From the NCBI GenBank assembly GCA_002189035.1, contig NEEC01000011.1, forward strand, positions 2,294,001 through 2,358,000: a stretch of 64,000 nt of DNA, written 5' to 3'. The notes under the pieces were generated by a model. That model ran no database searches, was not told where the DNA came from, and saw only the letters and a list, made by a program, of their open reading frames with translations. Below, piece after piece: positions 37,201 through 52,562 of the stretch; position 1 is the stretch's first letter, and the number at the start of each line of letters is the position of its first letter. Source of the DNA: Utricularia gibba (lineage: Eukaryota > Plantae > Magnoliophyta). A program made the position numbers and the translations under genes.

Positions 37201-39504
37201 AGAATAAACTCATCACAATCTCAACATAAAAAAGATAGGAGGCATGTATTGCATGGAATAGTCTATGAACTGCAATACCTTGCCACTAACACACAGAATA
37301 TCCCCCACCGTGTACTTTTCCTGAATACTTTTGAGAAATGCTGGATGCACAAAACGGGTGCCACGAAAAAATTTCTTCAAATGCATGTATTTTGTTTTTT
37401 TAACTGTCTTCGCAGACCCTTCAACTGTCCCTTCAGACTTTTTTTTGTCTGAATCTGCAACTTCACATGCTACCACTACCTCAAGAAATGAGAACGTACG
37501 ACTAGCTCGAATTCCCCTGGATGCATAGATGAGATTAATTGAAAACTGATTACAACAATATTTCAATACAAAAATTGATTACAACAGTATTTGAATACAA
37601 AAACCAAATCATTAATTATAATAACATGTTGGATATAATCGATATCAACATTTCAGAATAAGAAATGAAAGCAACTTAAAATGAAAATGCAAGAATTTCA
37701 CCTTGATGATATTACTTTTCCAACAAAGATCAAATACTGTCCGTCATCAATTTCCACCTCCGCATTCTGTAAGTCAGCATATGTACGAGGAAAATGATGG
37801 AGCAATTTCCGCACCTATAATAAAAGAAATCTGGTAGATCAGTATTTGCATCTAAGATACCATGATCGTGTCTCTGTTGTACCACTTATCAGCGTACCGT
37901 GTGAAAACCACAGCTCTCTAGACAATTAAGTTGTCGTTTTGTCAGATTAGGAATGCAAGCTATGCACTTATCAAGTATTTCAACTGAAGAACTAGCCAGC
38001 AGATTTTCACTCCCAGAAGTACTGGCGACTGGATCCACTGTCAGCCGTGAAGAACCTTGCACACTTCTTTCCGGTGACTGAGAATATACAGCAGATTTCT
38101 CCAACTGAGTATCCAACACAGTGGCACCCATACTTGAAATCTCTGCATATAAAGAATGCAGATCTTGGTAAACACACTCGGGATCTACCCATTCTGGGTC
38201 CATGCGACCAGGAATGCTATCTTCAAGAATAGGAAGCTCCAATTCTTCCTTTGATTTGGAATATCTTGCTGGTCCTTCATACAATTCTACTGTAGGAAAG
38301 CATCCGAAACTGATGGACGGAAATCGTTTGCATACTGAAATAGGATCAAAATCTGAACTTGTATCCTTCTGATTCTCCTGAAATTGCTTCTGTGGTAAAT
38401 CATTGCCAATGAAGTCATGAAGGCCATTGTAACCGATCAAAACAGATTCCTACATGAAAATAAGTAGGCACGCTGCATCATTGGTGAGTAGGAGAACGAA
38501 AAAACAATGTTTTTCTTCCAAGCACAAAATTTTAAGCAAACAATCATCAAAGAAAATGATATCAGCAGCAGTAATCCCGATTTTCACTGCATGTCTATGG
38601 CAAACATAATTATCAGGGGTATGCATGCAATCATGGAAGAAGAAGAAAAGGTATCATGATGCATAACATCACAAAAAAGTCCATTAACCCTTTCTTGTGC
38701 ACATAATATAAAAGGTTGCGAAGAAATGGCTTGAAAGAAAACATAAAAATGAATGAAACAACAGCATGAATGCATGACATAAAAAAATATGGATCCAAAC
38801 CATGGTCATCACAGTTCAAAGCAGCAGGTTAGAAGCCCAGAAAAGAAGAATAAAGTAAAATGCCTTCGCTTTCCACTTTGGTTCCCTGGCATACCTTTTG
38901 ACATTGATCTACACTCTTCAGCATCTTTTCTGGAAATTTATGCTTTGATCGAAAGGCAATCAACATCTTTGGGGAAAGAAAATTACTGAGCCTGTAGGGA
39001 CATTGGATAATTAGACACACCCAATATAATGCAGCGATGAAAATTTCATGATACCTCATACTTCTGCCAAGAATGTTACTGAATGCGCTCTGAGCATCAA
39101 AATGAATAGCATGCTTCAAGCATTTCTCACTGAAACCCTGTGGAAAGTGACCTTTTCACAAAATATATAGAAGAAAGTGCACACTCCATTTTATTATTTC
39201 CGAATGACAACACATGTTATAGGTTGGAAAATCAGTAAATATTGTGATAACATGATATAATTGAATATTTATTTTCACCAAGCTCAAAAGCTAATTCCAA
39301 TCACAGTATACTTTTATGTGTACAACATGTAGAGACACCTCCCAACTTGAAATCAACTGCAAGTATACCAACAATGCCCTTTCAGGCCCAGGATAAAACG
39401 ATATAAACAATCTCATGACTTCCTAAAAGGTTGTTGATCTACCACAACACAATTGCTTGAACGCGAGAAAGAAGAAGACGAAACGACAGAGAAGAGCCTA
39501 CCAT
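34240..39504 (-). CDS. RECG1: Organellar ATP-dependent DNA helicase RecG, multi-exon
   Basis: MNRLLQ|GDVGCGKT Walker [30 protein letters not shown] and [13 protein letters not shown] motifs. Ends [10 protein letters not shown] at 34240. The start ATG (39504-39502) sits at an exon end, and the 5' structure is less certain. Confidence 0.93.
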
Positions 39505-40275
39505 GTCACCCCGATACAGAGCCAGAACCGCCACCACAGTACAAGCGTACACCTTCCCAAACGGACGCCTAGATAATTCCGTCAAAGAACCTGCACAAAA
39601 TCACATAACGCGGCATAAGACACCATTTCTAAATTACAGATGCAAAAATAAGAACTTCAACATCTGATGAGAGAAAAACAAGAGTTCGAGTCTGCATGAT
39701 GGGAAATGCGCAAAAACGAATTCTGGGTGTAAGTTTGAAATCCACTCCGGGACAAGGATACCCGATCAAAAGCTCGCAGCAACGCACGAAACGGATAAAA
39801 ATTAACAGCCAAAACATAACCCGAGCGCCAAACAAAACTGGAAAGCTCGGTTTGCTGTAGAGACGAACGAGAACTCCTTTCGCAGGCACCGGGCCCCAAA
39901 CAACAAGAGTTCGCTTTGGAGCGAAGCGCCCATATTTCTGCTTAACAAGAGCCGTAATACAAGAACACTCCGAACAAATGGAGAAGCCCGGCCCATGTTC
40001 AACTTTCGTCATTACTTTACACATATTAATTTTGGAAATTAAAAATATCTTCGAGGGTAGTTTGGGAATTCTGTAAGTTCGGAGCATTAGTGTACACGTG
40101 TCCACACAACACAGACGGTCTGAACATTGAAACTTATAGAACAAATTTCAAAGTCATTCTTCGTGTTCATGTCGAGCCCCTTGAAGTCGCTCTTTCCCCT
40201 TCCAAACGCCCAATTCTTCACACCTGCGCACACACACAGCAGCAATGAATCAACAATGGTTTCTGGGTTCTTTCC

Positions 40276-42503
<2,228 letters not shown>

Positions 42504-44652
42504 TTTCTGAAAAGAGAAACGCTCTCTTATCTAAAGCATTCAAACAAAGTTCCCTTACAAACATTTTCTGAAAAGAGAAATGTATGACCATGCGCATTAT
42601 CAAATGTCCAAACAGATTTATCAAAATTCAAACGCCAAGATAGCTTTTCATCAAAACAAAACATTATCTTGCAGTACAAAAGTCACAGCTCGTGGACTCT
42701 GTTTTGTCTGCATCGCATTCTCGCACAGATCTATTCAAATAGAATCTGCCTCACACTATATACTGGATTATAAATTGATAAAACAAACTCGCCCCATGTG
42801 AGGGAAAAAAATACACCAGCCCAGTACACGCATGCTCAAACAGAAACACCAAAATTAAACGGCAACCATAAAAGAAGCTCTCAAAACACTAAAGGAAACA
42901 GATCTGAAAACAAAAACTGCTAATAAGGTAGATGTAAAACAAGGTGCTTACTTGAATCATTTTAAAAAACGAGCTCTCAAGTCCCAAATTTCCTTTAAAA
43001 TGGTCCCTCTCTTGGATCTTCAGAAACGGCAGCACGAAACGAACAGAATAGAGCAACTGTAAGGGGGTTCAGTTAAAATAACGCCAACACGAGAAGGGGG
43101 GAACTTCAGAAGCAAAAGATTTTTTTTTCAGGCAAATCCCACAGCAGGGTATGCATAAGATCAGATCCGGTGATTGATTTGCCGCCTTCCCAGAAGAACA
43201 AGGAAGAAAAAGGAGGCGATTAGCTATAAGAGCGAGGCTAGATCATCCTCAGTTTGTTCCATCCAAACATCAGACTTAAAAGATCTCAAGGTCTGATCCT
43301 TCTGGGGTTCCCGACTTGCTTGAGATCTACAGGAGAAGAAATTAGAACCAACAAACTCTATGTCCATAAAATGCGCTTCGCGGTGACGATCTCAAGATAT
43401 AATGGATCTACTCCTGAACAAACACACAAGCAACTAATGAAGGAGATGGGAAACCCGATCTGCAAACGTGACGCATAATACCCAGTGCCGGAATCTCCCT
43501 TATTCTCTCAAATTTCGCAGAAGTTTTGAGGAAGACCCAGGAAAATGAGAATGATGCGACGCCTGTAAAGGGAGGCAACCGCGAAGAAAAGGAAGGTAGA
43601 AAAACAAAGAATCCAAGGTCAACTACGTGCGGTCCAGAATCGAAGACAGCAGCACCGCATTCAAGCCTCAGCCTCTCGGTAGGTGCGATCAAATAGTGAA
43701 ATCACTGAATCAGGGATAACAATTGAAAGTTGAAACAGAGCAGAGCAGAGCCATCGAACACCGAGCCCATCCTCATCTCCACACCTCAGCACGCACATAC
43801 CCCTTCGGGTGCGTGTACGGATTCACATTATTAAATCAAATAGATTATTAAAACCAGATATTTGATATAATTATAATAAAAATGATAAAAAATATAATAA
43901 GATGATTTAAATTATATTAATTTATATAAAAATATAAATTTTTAAATAAAATTCTGAAGCAAATATATAAATTTATATTTTTTTTAAAAAAAAGACATGA
44001 GAATGTAGTTGTTAATAAATTTTGATGCGCTGATGGTGATCATCATTAATATTCGGACTCTGACATGGATGTGAGTCATGATGGGTCCATGAGTACAATA
44101 CCCTAATGAAGTTAATGGTGATAGCCTCGTTGACTTTTTTAAATTTTTAATTAATTGAACACAAAAATTCATTGTATTTATTAATGAAAATATTTTCCAA
44201 AAAAGAGAACCACCTTTATATTTCATACATTTGAGATTTAGATAATTGGTTCTTAGGTTGTATTCTAACAATGAATGTGAAACCCCAATGTCACAATTCA
44301 CATTTTTTTTATATAATATTATCTGTTTCGGATATCTAATTTTTTACAACTTTACATTGTTTTATTAATTGAATGTAACATTCATTTATTTAATTAATTT
44401 CAATTTCTCATTTATAAACTGTAATTAGACTGGTAACACACGGGTTCGGTTTTGAAATCGATTCCAACGTGTCAAACTTTGAATTTTCAAGAATACGTAG
44501 AGAATAAAATCAAACCTCCTAATTTACGATTGATGTTGAAGGAGGGCGTTGGCGAAGACAAATTATAATTAATGCTTATTTTGATATTGTTGAAAAATTG
44601 CGTTGTTGAAGGAATTTAGGGCATCCGTTTTTTAGAAGAAAGATAAGATGTA

Positions 44653-44730
44653 CATGTTTAAAACCGAAAATTGGTATACCGGTTAACCGGAAGGATCGAA
44701 AAATCCGGTTAACCGGTTCGACTACCGGTT
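44653..44730 (+). mobile_element. Possible hAT-type non-autonomous element end (TIR-like CATGTTTAAAACCG plus AACCGG-rich subterminal repeats)
   Basis: CCGGTTAACCGG palindromes at 44679-44690 and 44705-44716, and ACCGGTT at 44724. No downstream partner TIR found. Confidence 0.3.
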
Positions 44731-45147
44731 CATTGGTCGATTCATAATCATAATTGGTAACTAATGTGGAATATGGTTAATAAAAACTAATAATTGTGTA
44801 CATAAGGGGTTTGTGATTTGAATAGCGCATTTCAAATTGTGAACAAATCGTTTCTTTTTTTTAAGTATATTTTATAATATTTTTATTGTGAAAACATATT
44901 AAATCATAATTAATCAAACTTAAATTATGATTCGACCATACTTTATTTTCATTATTTTAAAACGATTCAAATTAAATTCAATCTTCATAATAAAAATAAT
45001 TCAATCATAATTTAATTATAATTTGTAAAATAATAATTAAAACGATCATGATTGTCACACGATGCTAGACTTGACTCCTTCATCACATGCTCCACTTCCC
45101 AGAGCTGCCGCTTTCGTCTTGGCTCAAGGTGGGAGTTTCTGGTGCGG

Positions 45148-46830
45148 TCACGGGTACCATTCCACATCATTCATGTTGAAAAGAAGTTGATCTTCTTCTG
45201 GATATGGAGCAAGAGCTTGAGCATAGCTCGCTTCACCGACTTCTTGCCAGAACTGTATGTTCTTGTAAGCAGAGTGCTTCGTCATTTCCACCCATTCCTG
45301 CAAATGGGAACTCAGGGGTCAGCTATCCCTCTCCTGATCAAACAAACTGGCTGCAAGAAGGATGATCAACCTTTTGGGATTGGGAGAGATCATCCACAGA
45401 CAGATAGCAGCTGCCTCCGTCAAGGATTACGCCGACGAGCCTGCCGCCGGAGTCGAAGCTCATCACCGGTTCTCCAAGCGATGGCTGGCACAGGTATCTC
45501 TTGGGACCAGGAGGGCAGGTTAGAGCATGCTCAATGATGGTGTTCCTCTTCTTCTCTGAGTAGTCCTTGAGCAACTGTGGGTTCAGGAGTGTGGGTGAGC
45601 TTCAATCCATACTGAAATGTCAGAAACAGAGGTTTCTTTTACCTGGTTCAAAGAGTGTTTGTTTGCGAAATACAGCCTCAAAAGTTCAGCAACAGTGGAA
45701 ACTCCGGCCTGCTCCAGGATTGTATGGTTTTTGCCGTTCCTCCCAATGTATTTCAACCGCCACACTTCAGAATCCAGAGATGGAGGGTGAAGCTTCTTGT
45801 AAGCTGAGATCTCACACACCCCTTGCGTTAGAAAGAATCCAGAATCCACCATGCACGGGATTGTAAGCACTTACACTCTCCTCTGTGCTCATTAACCTTG
45901 AAGGGATTGCTGACAGCTTCACGAACGGTGGTTTGGTAAGAATCGGACACCGGCTGTGCTCCCAACCGGAACTTCTTGCTCTTACACCAGCTCGAGTTGT
46001 CGGTGAACTTTATATCATCCAAGGAAGCAGCTCCTTCATGTAAGGAGACTGTCAGTTCCCCTGTTAGAAGTGGCCTCTTATCTTGTCTCCTCCTCACTAC
46101 TCTTCTGTTGAATTCATCTGCCGTCCAGTCTTCGCCGTCGAAGTGGGAATGAAGGACGAAGATTTTCACCTTGGCGGAGGAGAGGTCGCCGGTGACTACT
46201 CTCTCATTTGAAAAAGCATCAAGCAGGACAAGCTCCATGCTGGAATTGCCCTCAGAGACAACCTTGTTCTCTGTGAAGATGATATCAGGCACTTTTGTCT
46301 GAAACTGGAGGTGAAATTTCCTTGATCCAGAAGACTCAATTCGGCCATGGCGAGATCTGCAGGAAAGAAGATCCCATGCCATCATCAACAGAACTCAAAA
46401 GGGAATGAATCCACAGTATGAATTTTACCTTAAACAGGATCCAAGAGTTTGACTTACTGCTTGTCTCACCTGAAAAAACAAACAAGGATAAACCACCAAA
46501 AGCTTGAAGAATGATCTAAAAGTCGAATCAGGGAGAAGAATCATACTGGTTTCCTTAAACAGGATGCAATGAAGTCCTCAGATACTGACAGATATCTCTC
46601 AATACGCACCCCTTTGAATCCTCTGTAAAATCGGCCGATAAAACAGCCATCAATAAGCAGCAGAGCCCCATCTCAGAACGGAAAGCAAAAATACAGACGC
46701 CACTACAGAGAGTTGTTTACGAAAAAGAAAGAAACACCCACATCGAGTTAACTTTCACAGGTATCTCCCGTGACCTCGAATCGTCGCCACCGTCGCGGCC
46801 TCCTCCAAAGGAAGGTCTTTTCCGCGCCAT
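45148..46830 (-). CDS. Divergent CBP60/SARD1-family protein, 7 exons, 400 aa
   Basis: Exons 46830-46742, 46622-46547, 46469-46429, 46356-45875, 45803-45643, 45574-45371 and 45297-45148 join in frame (1203 nt). Motifs DWTADEFNRRVV, RPLLTGEL, FTDNSSWCKSKKFRLGA, VREAVSNPFKVNEHRGE and PPSLDSEVWRL. Confidence 0.85.
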
Positions 46831-48044
46831 CCCAGTTTACTGCACAAGAAGCAAGGTGGGAGAACTATATAGATACAAACAAACCTTGGAAGCTGCCGAG
46901 AAAGCTCCACGCAAAACAAAAGAAATGCGCGTTGAGTTTCATTGAATTCGGCTCGGCGCGTCAGGCGTCCCGGAATTACATATCGTTTTCATCGTTAGAA
47001 AGTCGTTAGAGAAACGCCGGCGACCGGGTTGACCAGGAAGTAAGTCACCCCCCAGAAAGACAAGCCGGAAGTTTAGAGAATCAATATCCCGTTCGGCCAG
47101 ATTCCAATTCTCCAAAAAAAAAAAATGATTTTTTTAAAATCCAATATACTTGCTATTTATGATTAATTTTATTCAATTATTCTTCTCGTTTTATTATTTT
47201 ATTTGAAATAAAAATGCATATAAATTCTGTGAATTTAAAAATAATACCCCGCCACCGTTGAAACTCAGTTACGCGTCGTTTCTTTGAGAAGATAAGAAGA
47301 GAAACGGGGGGACTCGGCGTGTCCGTATCCTATTTTTATTTAAAAAAACCTTTATTAATTAATTAATTTACCAATTTGCACTTGAAAATCATAAATATTC
47401 AGATCGTCTTCATTTTGGCAATTTTTTTTGACTTAATAACATGTAATTTTATTAGATTTTATCACACTATTGATTTTTAATTTATTAAATAATAATTGAT
47501 ACTATTTTAAACTCTATGAATCCACTACCTTCAAATCACAAATTTAAATATTATCTGTTTAGAATATTCAATTTTTATAATTTTACGTTTTTTTTTCAAC
47601 AAAAATATTTCATTTCAGATTAAGAAAATTCTTCTACTTAAACACCTACCGCATTGAATAATGTTACTGAATTTTGTAATAACGGAATTTGACTTTTTTG
47701 AAAATTGTAAAAAGCATGAATAAAAAAGGCCGCTAATGAGAACAACACTGAGATAAATGTACTTTGGAAGAAGGAACCAGCAGCCGCCTGGGAGGAGTTA
47801 TGGAAAGCAAGCAGTTTTCTGCCACGCCCAGAAAAAACAAGAAGAGTAACAACGGTTTTACAGATATGCATTTGCATTGCATTGCCGTTGTAGCATCTCG
47901 ACCTCAGGTATGATACACACCAGCACAGACCCAGGCAGAGGCGGAGGAGGAGGAGGCGGAGGAGGTGTGCAGCAGCACCCTCGCCGGCGACCCTTCTCAT
48001 CACTCATAAACTTAGTCCAAATCACATGGAACCGCCCTCACCCA

Positions 48045-50795
48045 TCACTGATGGCGATGAGGGGGATGGTGGTGATGATACTGGGAGGACAATGGCTGGA
48101 GAGGTGTCCTCTCCGATCCGCGCCACTGTCGCCCTGATGCAGGGGCGCCGCCGGGGGTGGGTGAGTGGAAAGGGGCCCATATCGAGTCTCCGTCCACCAG
48201 GTTTAATGGAAACGAGTGGTGGTACTCCCGTGCCCAGGCATGGAGACGGTCACGGTTGTGGGTCTCTGCTTCTTGGAAGGGCCTTCCGGATGAACTTGAT
48301 GATGTCAAGAAGTAAAAGCCACCAGCTTGCTGTTCCGATGATGATGCTGCTGCGGTTGCTGCAACAGGTGCCGCCACTTGAGCCAAACCCGCTCTGGATC
48401 TTCTTCCGGTTGCTGCGACGGGGGTTCGTGCTGCTGGAGTGTTGCTTGACGGCTGAAAGCGAGGCTGAAGAGGACCGCCGCGCTCACGGGGCCACGCAAC
48501 GTTGCCAGAGAAATGGGGAACAGCTGAAGAGGGAACTGGGCTCGGAGCTCTAGTTCCAGAAGCAAGGCAATCCATTAAACAAAACAAACATGCCTCAACT
48601 CTACTCAGAGAAACAAATCAGTAGTCTCATACTTGCATATACTTTCACCACCATTGTGGAAAACATGCTAGTGTACAGATTCATAAATATTTTCAATGAA
48701 TGAGGAAGCACAACACAACATACTACCCTGATCCTCTCTTTCCTAAACTACTGCAAAAAAGACATCACTGAAAGGACATGCCATTTTTAAAGGTGTTTTT
48801 TTTTTTTGGTTTTGGAAATATACCAGCTCTACCACTAAAGCAGATGCATGCGTGGTTATAATTCAAGGGAAGCGAATTTTTAAGAGATAAACTGACCTGT
48901 GGCCCATGACAAAGGGGTGAACTCCTGGTCTTGAAATATCAGAGCTGTTCCTGGCTGTTCTCTGAGCCACAGAGGGCATTGAAGCCTGGTCTGCACCACC
49001 AACTCGGGTATTTGCTGGAAAAGGCGGAGACTGATCCCAAGGGCAATAATGTGCGTCTGCTGAATGGAAAGAATATGAACTAGGAGCCTCGCTTGGAGCT
49101 GATGGACCACTCCAGTGGTTACTGAAACTAGATCCATCTGAAATACTTCCACTTGAAGCTGAAGGTGGGTTCATTGGTCCAAAATATGCGATATATGGGC
49201 AATGAAAAGCTGAAATATGTTCAGGAAAAGTTTAGCATAATAACCGAGGAAATCATGAAAAATAACATCAGAATTCGAGTTTAATGTAAAATCTTACATG
49301 CACTTGAGGGGAATTCCCCTTCACTGCAGGGGAAAAAAAAACTACTTAGAATTCGGAGTAAAAGAAATTTTCAAGAAAACGACAACAATGAGAGGATTAG
49401 ACATGTATGCATAGAACAATCCATGGCTAATAGCCAGATAAACACGTAGCAAAAAGCTTTAATGAACACCCCTGCCCAATAAGTGATGCTATCAAGTTTG
49501 ACATCATATAAAAACTTACATAAATTAATTAAGTAATTAAACGAGAAGTCATAGTTGAAATGAAACAGTTGGTTTACACATTCTCGTGAGGTTTTTATGG
49601 TGCTTACTCAAGAGAAGAAGGCAGGCCACTGAATGGACACCACTGAACCCCAAACTGCAACACAGATTTCAGTAATAAATTAGTAAGATAACATTACAAT
49701 TAGCATTTTCCATAATTAAAACATAAAACTAATACCAATAACCCGGCTAAGACATTGCAATAAGCCACACACACAAAAAAAGTGACAGATGAAAAGGAAA
49801 AAAATGAGGGCATGCCTCAATCATTCCATTCCACAGGAAATGCAGACTAGCCAGAAGAAAATGCAGCTGAGAAAAGCGAACACTAAATTGTAGAACTCAA
49901 AAATAAAAGAATGAAACAGATAGTCACCATCTCGGCATAGTTTAATTCACTAAGATCATCATCATGAGGCCAATCCTCAATGCTATAGTCTGGTGCTGGG
50001 CGACAGCCATTTGAGTATAGCCATTGTCCTTTCTCAATGTTCCTACAATTGGGGCATTGCATAGCACCCTTGGCATTGAACGCAGAGCCTATGCAATCTG
50101 CAAGCCAAAACAAGATTAAGAATTTCTCAGTCGTCAAGGAAGAAATGGGGCGTCTTATAAACGGGAATGAATTTATGAAGGGCTGAAAAAATCAGAACAA
50201 TTTCAAAGGGGTGCAAGATTGTATTTTGTCCGTGAAGAAGCTGACCAAGATTAACAAATTGGCGCAATCAGATTTATTAAAGATTGCATCTTTAATCCCG
50301 TAGAAGAAAAGTTTAGCTCTTTATTACTTTTTCGAGGAACTTTTGGAATCCTGATGTCATAAAATTGAAGCAATACCCAAACTGAACCCAGAAAAAAAAA
50401 ACGCTGTAAACCAACAAATTGCTCATACAACTTTCTCTACTAGCACATTCACCAGATGCTGGAACTAGAGGAAACCCCATCTGAGGGAAAACCAACCGGA
50501 AAAAATTTTCTTTGAAGGCAATCCCAGAGCTAAGGAGGCTCACCAATTTTCAATTTTCAAGGGTCTTTGGAGACAGATCGAAGACAATTTCAATTAGATC
50601 TGAATTTTCCACAAAAGGTAAACAAATTGATCACTCACCCAAATGAAACCGGTGACCACACTGAAGCTTAGCCCAAGATCTCTCGCTCACGTCCATCACA
50701 ACCTCAAAGCAAATTGAGCAAGACACCAACGACGATGCTCCCTTGGATCCTCCTCCAACGCTATAGTCAAGAAGATCCGTTTCACCCAAACCCAT
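48045..50795 (-). CDS. RING-H2 E3 ligase, RFI2/IPI1-like, multi-exon
   Basis: CSICFEVV...RSWAKLQCGHRFHL|DCIGSAFNAKGAMQCPNCRNIEKGQWLY RING region, followed by an S/P/H-rich low-complexity C-terminus. Confidence 0.87.
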
Positions 50796-51857
50796 AACCT
50801 AATTCAAAAGTCGCCCCTTCTTTCCACAGCAAGATCTGATCTTTACTCGATCTAATCCCAAAATCGCTTCACCCAGCTCAACTTTCCACCAGATCACAAC
50901 AAGAAAAAACCCCCAATCCTCCGCACCCTAAACACGAAACGGATTCACCCCAAACCTTGTTCTCAATTATTTGGTTCGATTTTTTCCTCGATGAATTCAA
51001 AGACTGGAATCGCCTCTGACCATTTTCATTCATCTGCGAGCTTGACCCATTTCCCGAATAAAACTTCTGAGGAAGTAAGTAGTTTACCGCTAGAGAAATC
51101 GATGGGCAATCCCATTTGAAAGGCCACGATGGAATTCACATCTCTCTCTCACCCAACAGCCCCGTCTATCGGCCGGCAGCCGCCATTCAATTGGAAATCC
51201 AATACAATATAATTTCAATTTTTTTTTTATCACCAATAATTCCAATTTCTTATAAATGGCATACGAATTAAAAATAGAATATTCCCATTTTTAAAATTAT
51301 CATACCAATTTAATGCCTTTTTTTCCTCACAAATATACGCATTTAAGACATGATATATCTTAAAACTACAATAAAATAAGGTATAAAATATATTATTAAT
51401 TGTATTAATAAAATAACATATAAAAAATAATTCTTTTACATACAAATACATTAAATTATTTGGGCCTCGTGTGGGCTTATTTCTGGAATACGGTTGGGCC
51501 CATGGCCCGATAATCCCAAAAAAGACGTGGACCCCACTGGGTATATTTGAATTTATCAGCAAAAATTTAATGAATTTGAAAAAGGTAGGGGTAGGTGAAA
51601 TAGTATATATTAAAATATTTTTTTTTTTAAAAAAGAAATGTATTTATACGAGGAGCCCCAAGGAATAACAATTTAATGAAGTGGTCACCTGTCTACTTGT
51701 ATTTAGGTGGGGCATCGCTGTCCGTCGATTAATTCGCACAGCGACAGCCACAGCCCTCGATCTTCCATCACTCCAAAACCCTTAATTACCTACCAAATTC
51801 ATCATCGACGCGATAACAATAATTGAAATAGGGCGGGCACCAGCGCACTCCGGTGGA

Positions 51858-52183
51858 CTATCCTCGGCACAGCGCGATCGCATTGCAGCTCCGGCGATAC
51901 GGATTGGCCTCCGCTCCGGGACGCAGTTGTAGTAGGATGCGCCGCGACGGGAGCAAGGCACGCTTCCTCTACGCAGAGCGCCGTAGCTGATGTACCTCCT
52001 GGTGGTGGTAGTCGTCGCTAACATGCGGTGATCATCGGATTCAGAATCAGCACCGGAGGCGAGGCAGTGGCCGGCGGTGGATTTGCAGTCCGGCATTGTC
52101 CATGCGGCGGGTCTAGGACGGTGTTGGAGACTTGCGGACGCGAGAAACAAGAGGAAGGGGATGAACTTCCAGAAGGCGGCCAT
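51858..52183 (-). CDS. RALF: RALF peptide precursor with a 1-nt frameshift after the second mature Cys
   Basis: Signal peptide, then YISYGALRRGSVPCSRRGASYYNC. The shifted frame continues PGAEANPYRRSCNAIALCRG* (stop at 51860-51858). TATA CTATATAAA at 52289-52281. Confidence 0.9.
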
Positions 52184-52562
52184 TGATCTCGGTGCAGAGA
52201 GAGCTCTTGAAATCGACGCTTGGATTTCTTTATTTATTCCCTGGAGAGTTGGAGAAGTGACTGTTCAACTCTCAAGACAGTTTATATAGCACGGAAGCGC
52301 AGATAAGGACCAAAAGCTCTTTTTTTTTTTTTTGAAATTTTTTTTCCAAAAAAAAACTAAATCATAAATAACTTTTTTCAAAATGGAAACCCTGTTCAAA
52401 CCAAAAAAAAAAAATAGGAATTGTTTAAATGAACAAAGGTTCGAGATTTCTTTTTTTAAAAAAAATATTAATGAAATGAAATCTTAGAAAGGCTCACACG
52501 ACACATTAATGCAAAGTTTTCACCTCAACCAACTCCATTACCTCTTTCACACCGGATTGGAG

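Noticed and set aside
34240-39504. Bacterial-like RecG (and the NiCoT-like CGF gene) as horizontal transfer
   Set aside because: Both are standard intron-containing plant nuclear genes for organellar proteins.
39754-39761. GTATCCTT U12-like donor in the RECG leader
   Set aside because: No TCCTTRAY branch point before the next acceptor at 39591, so it cannot be supported.
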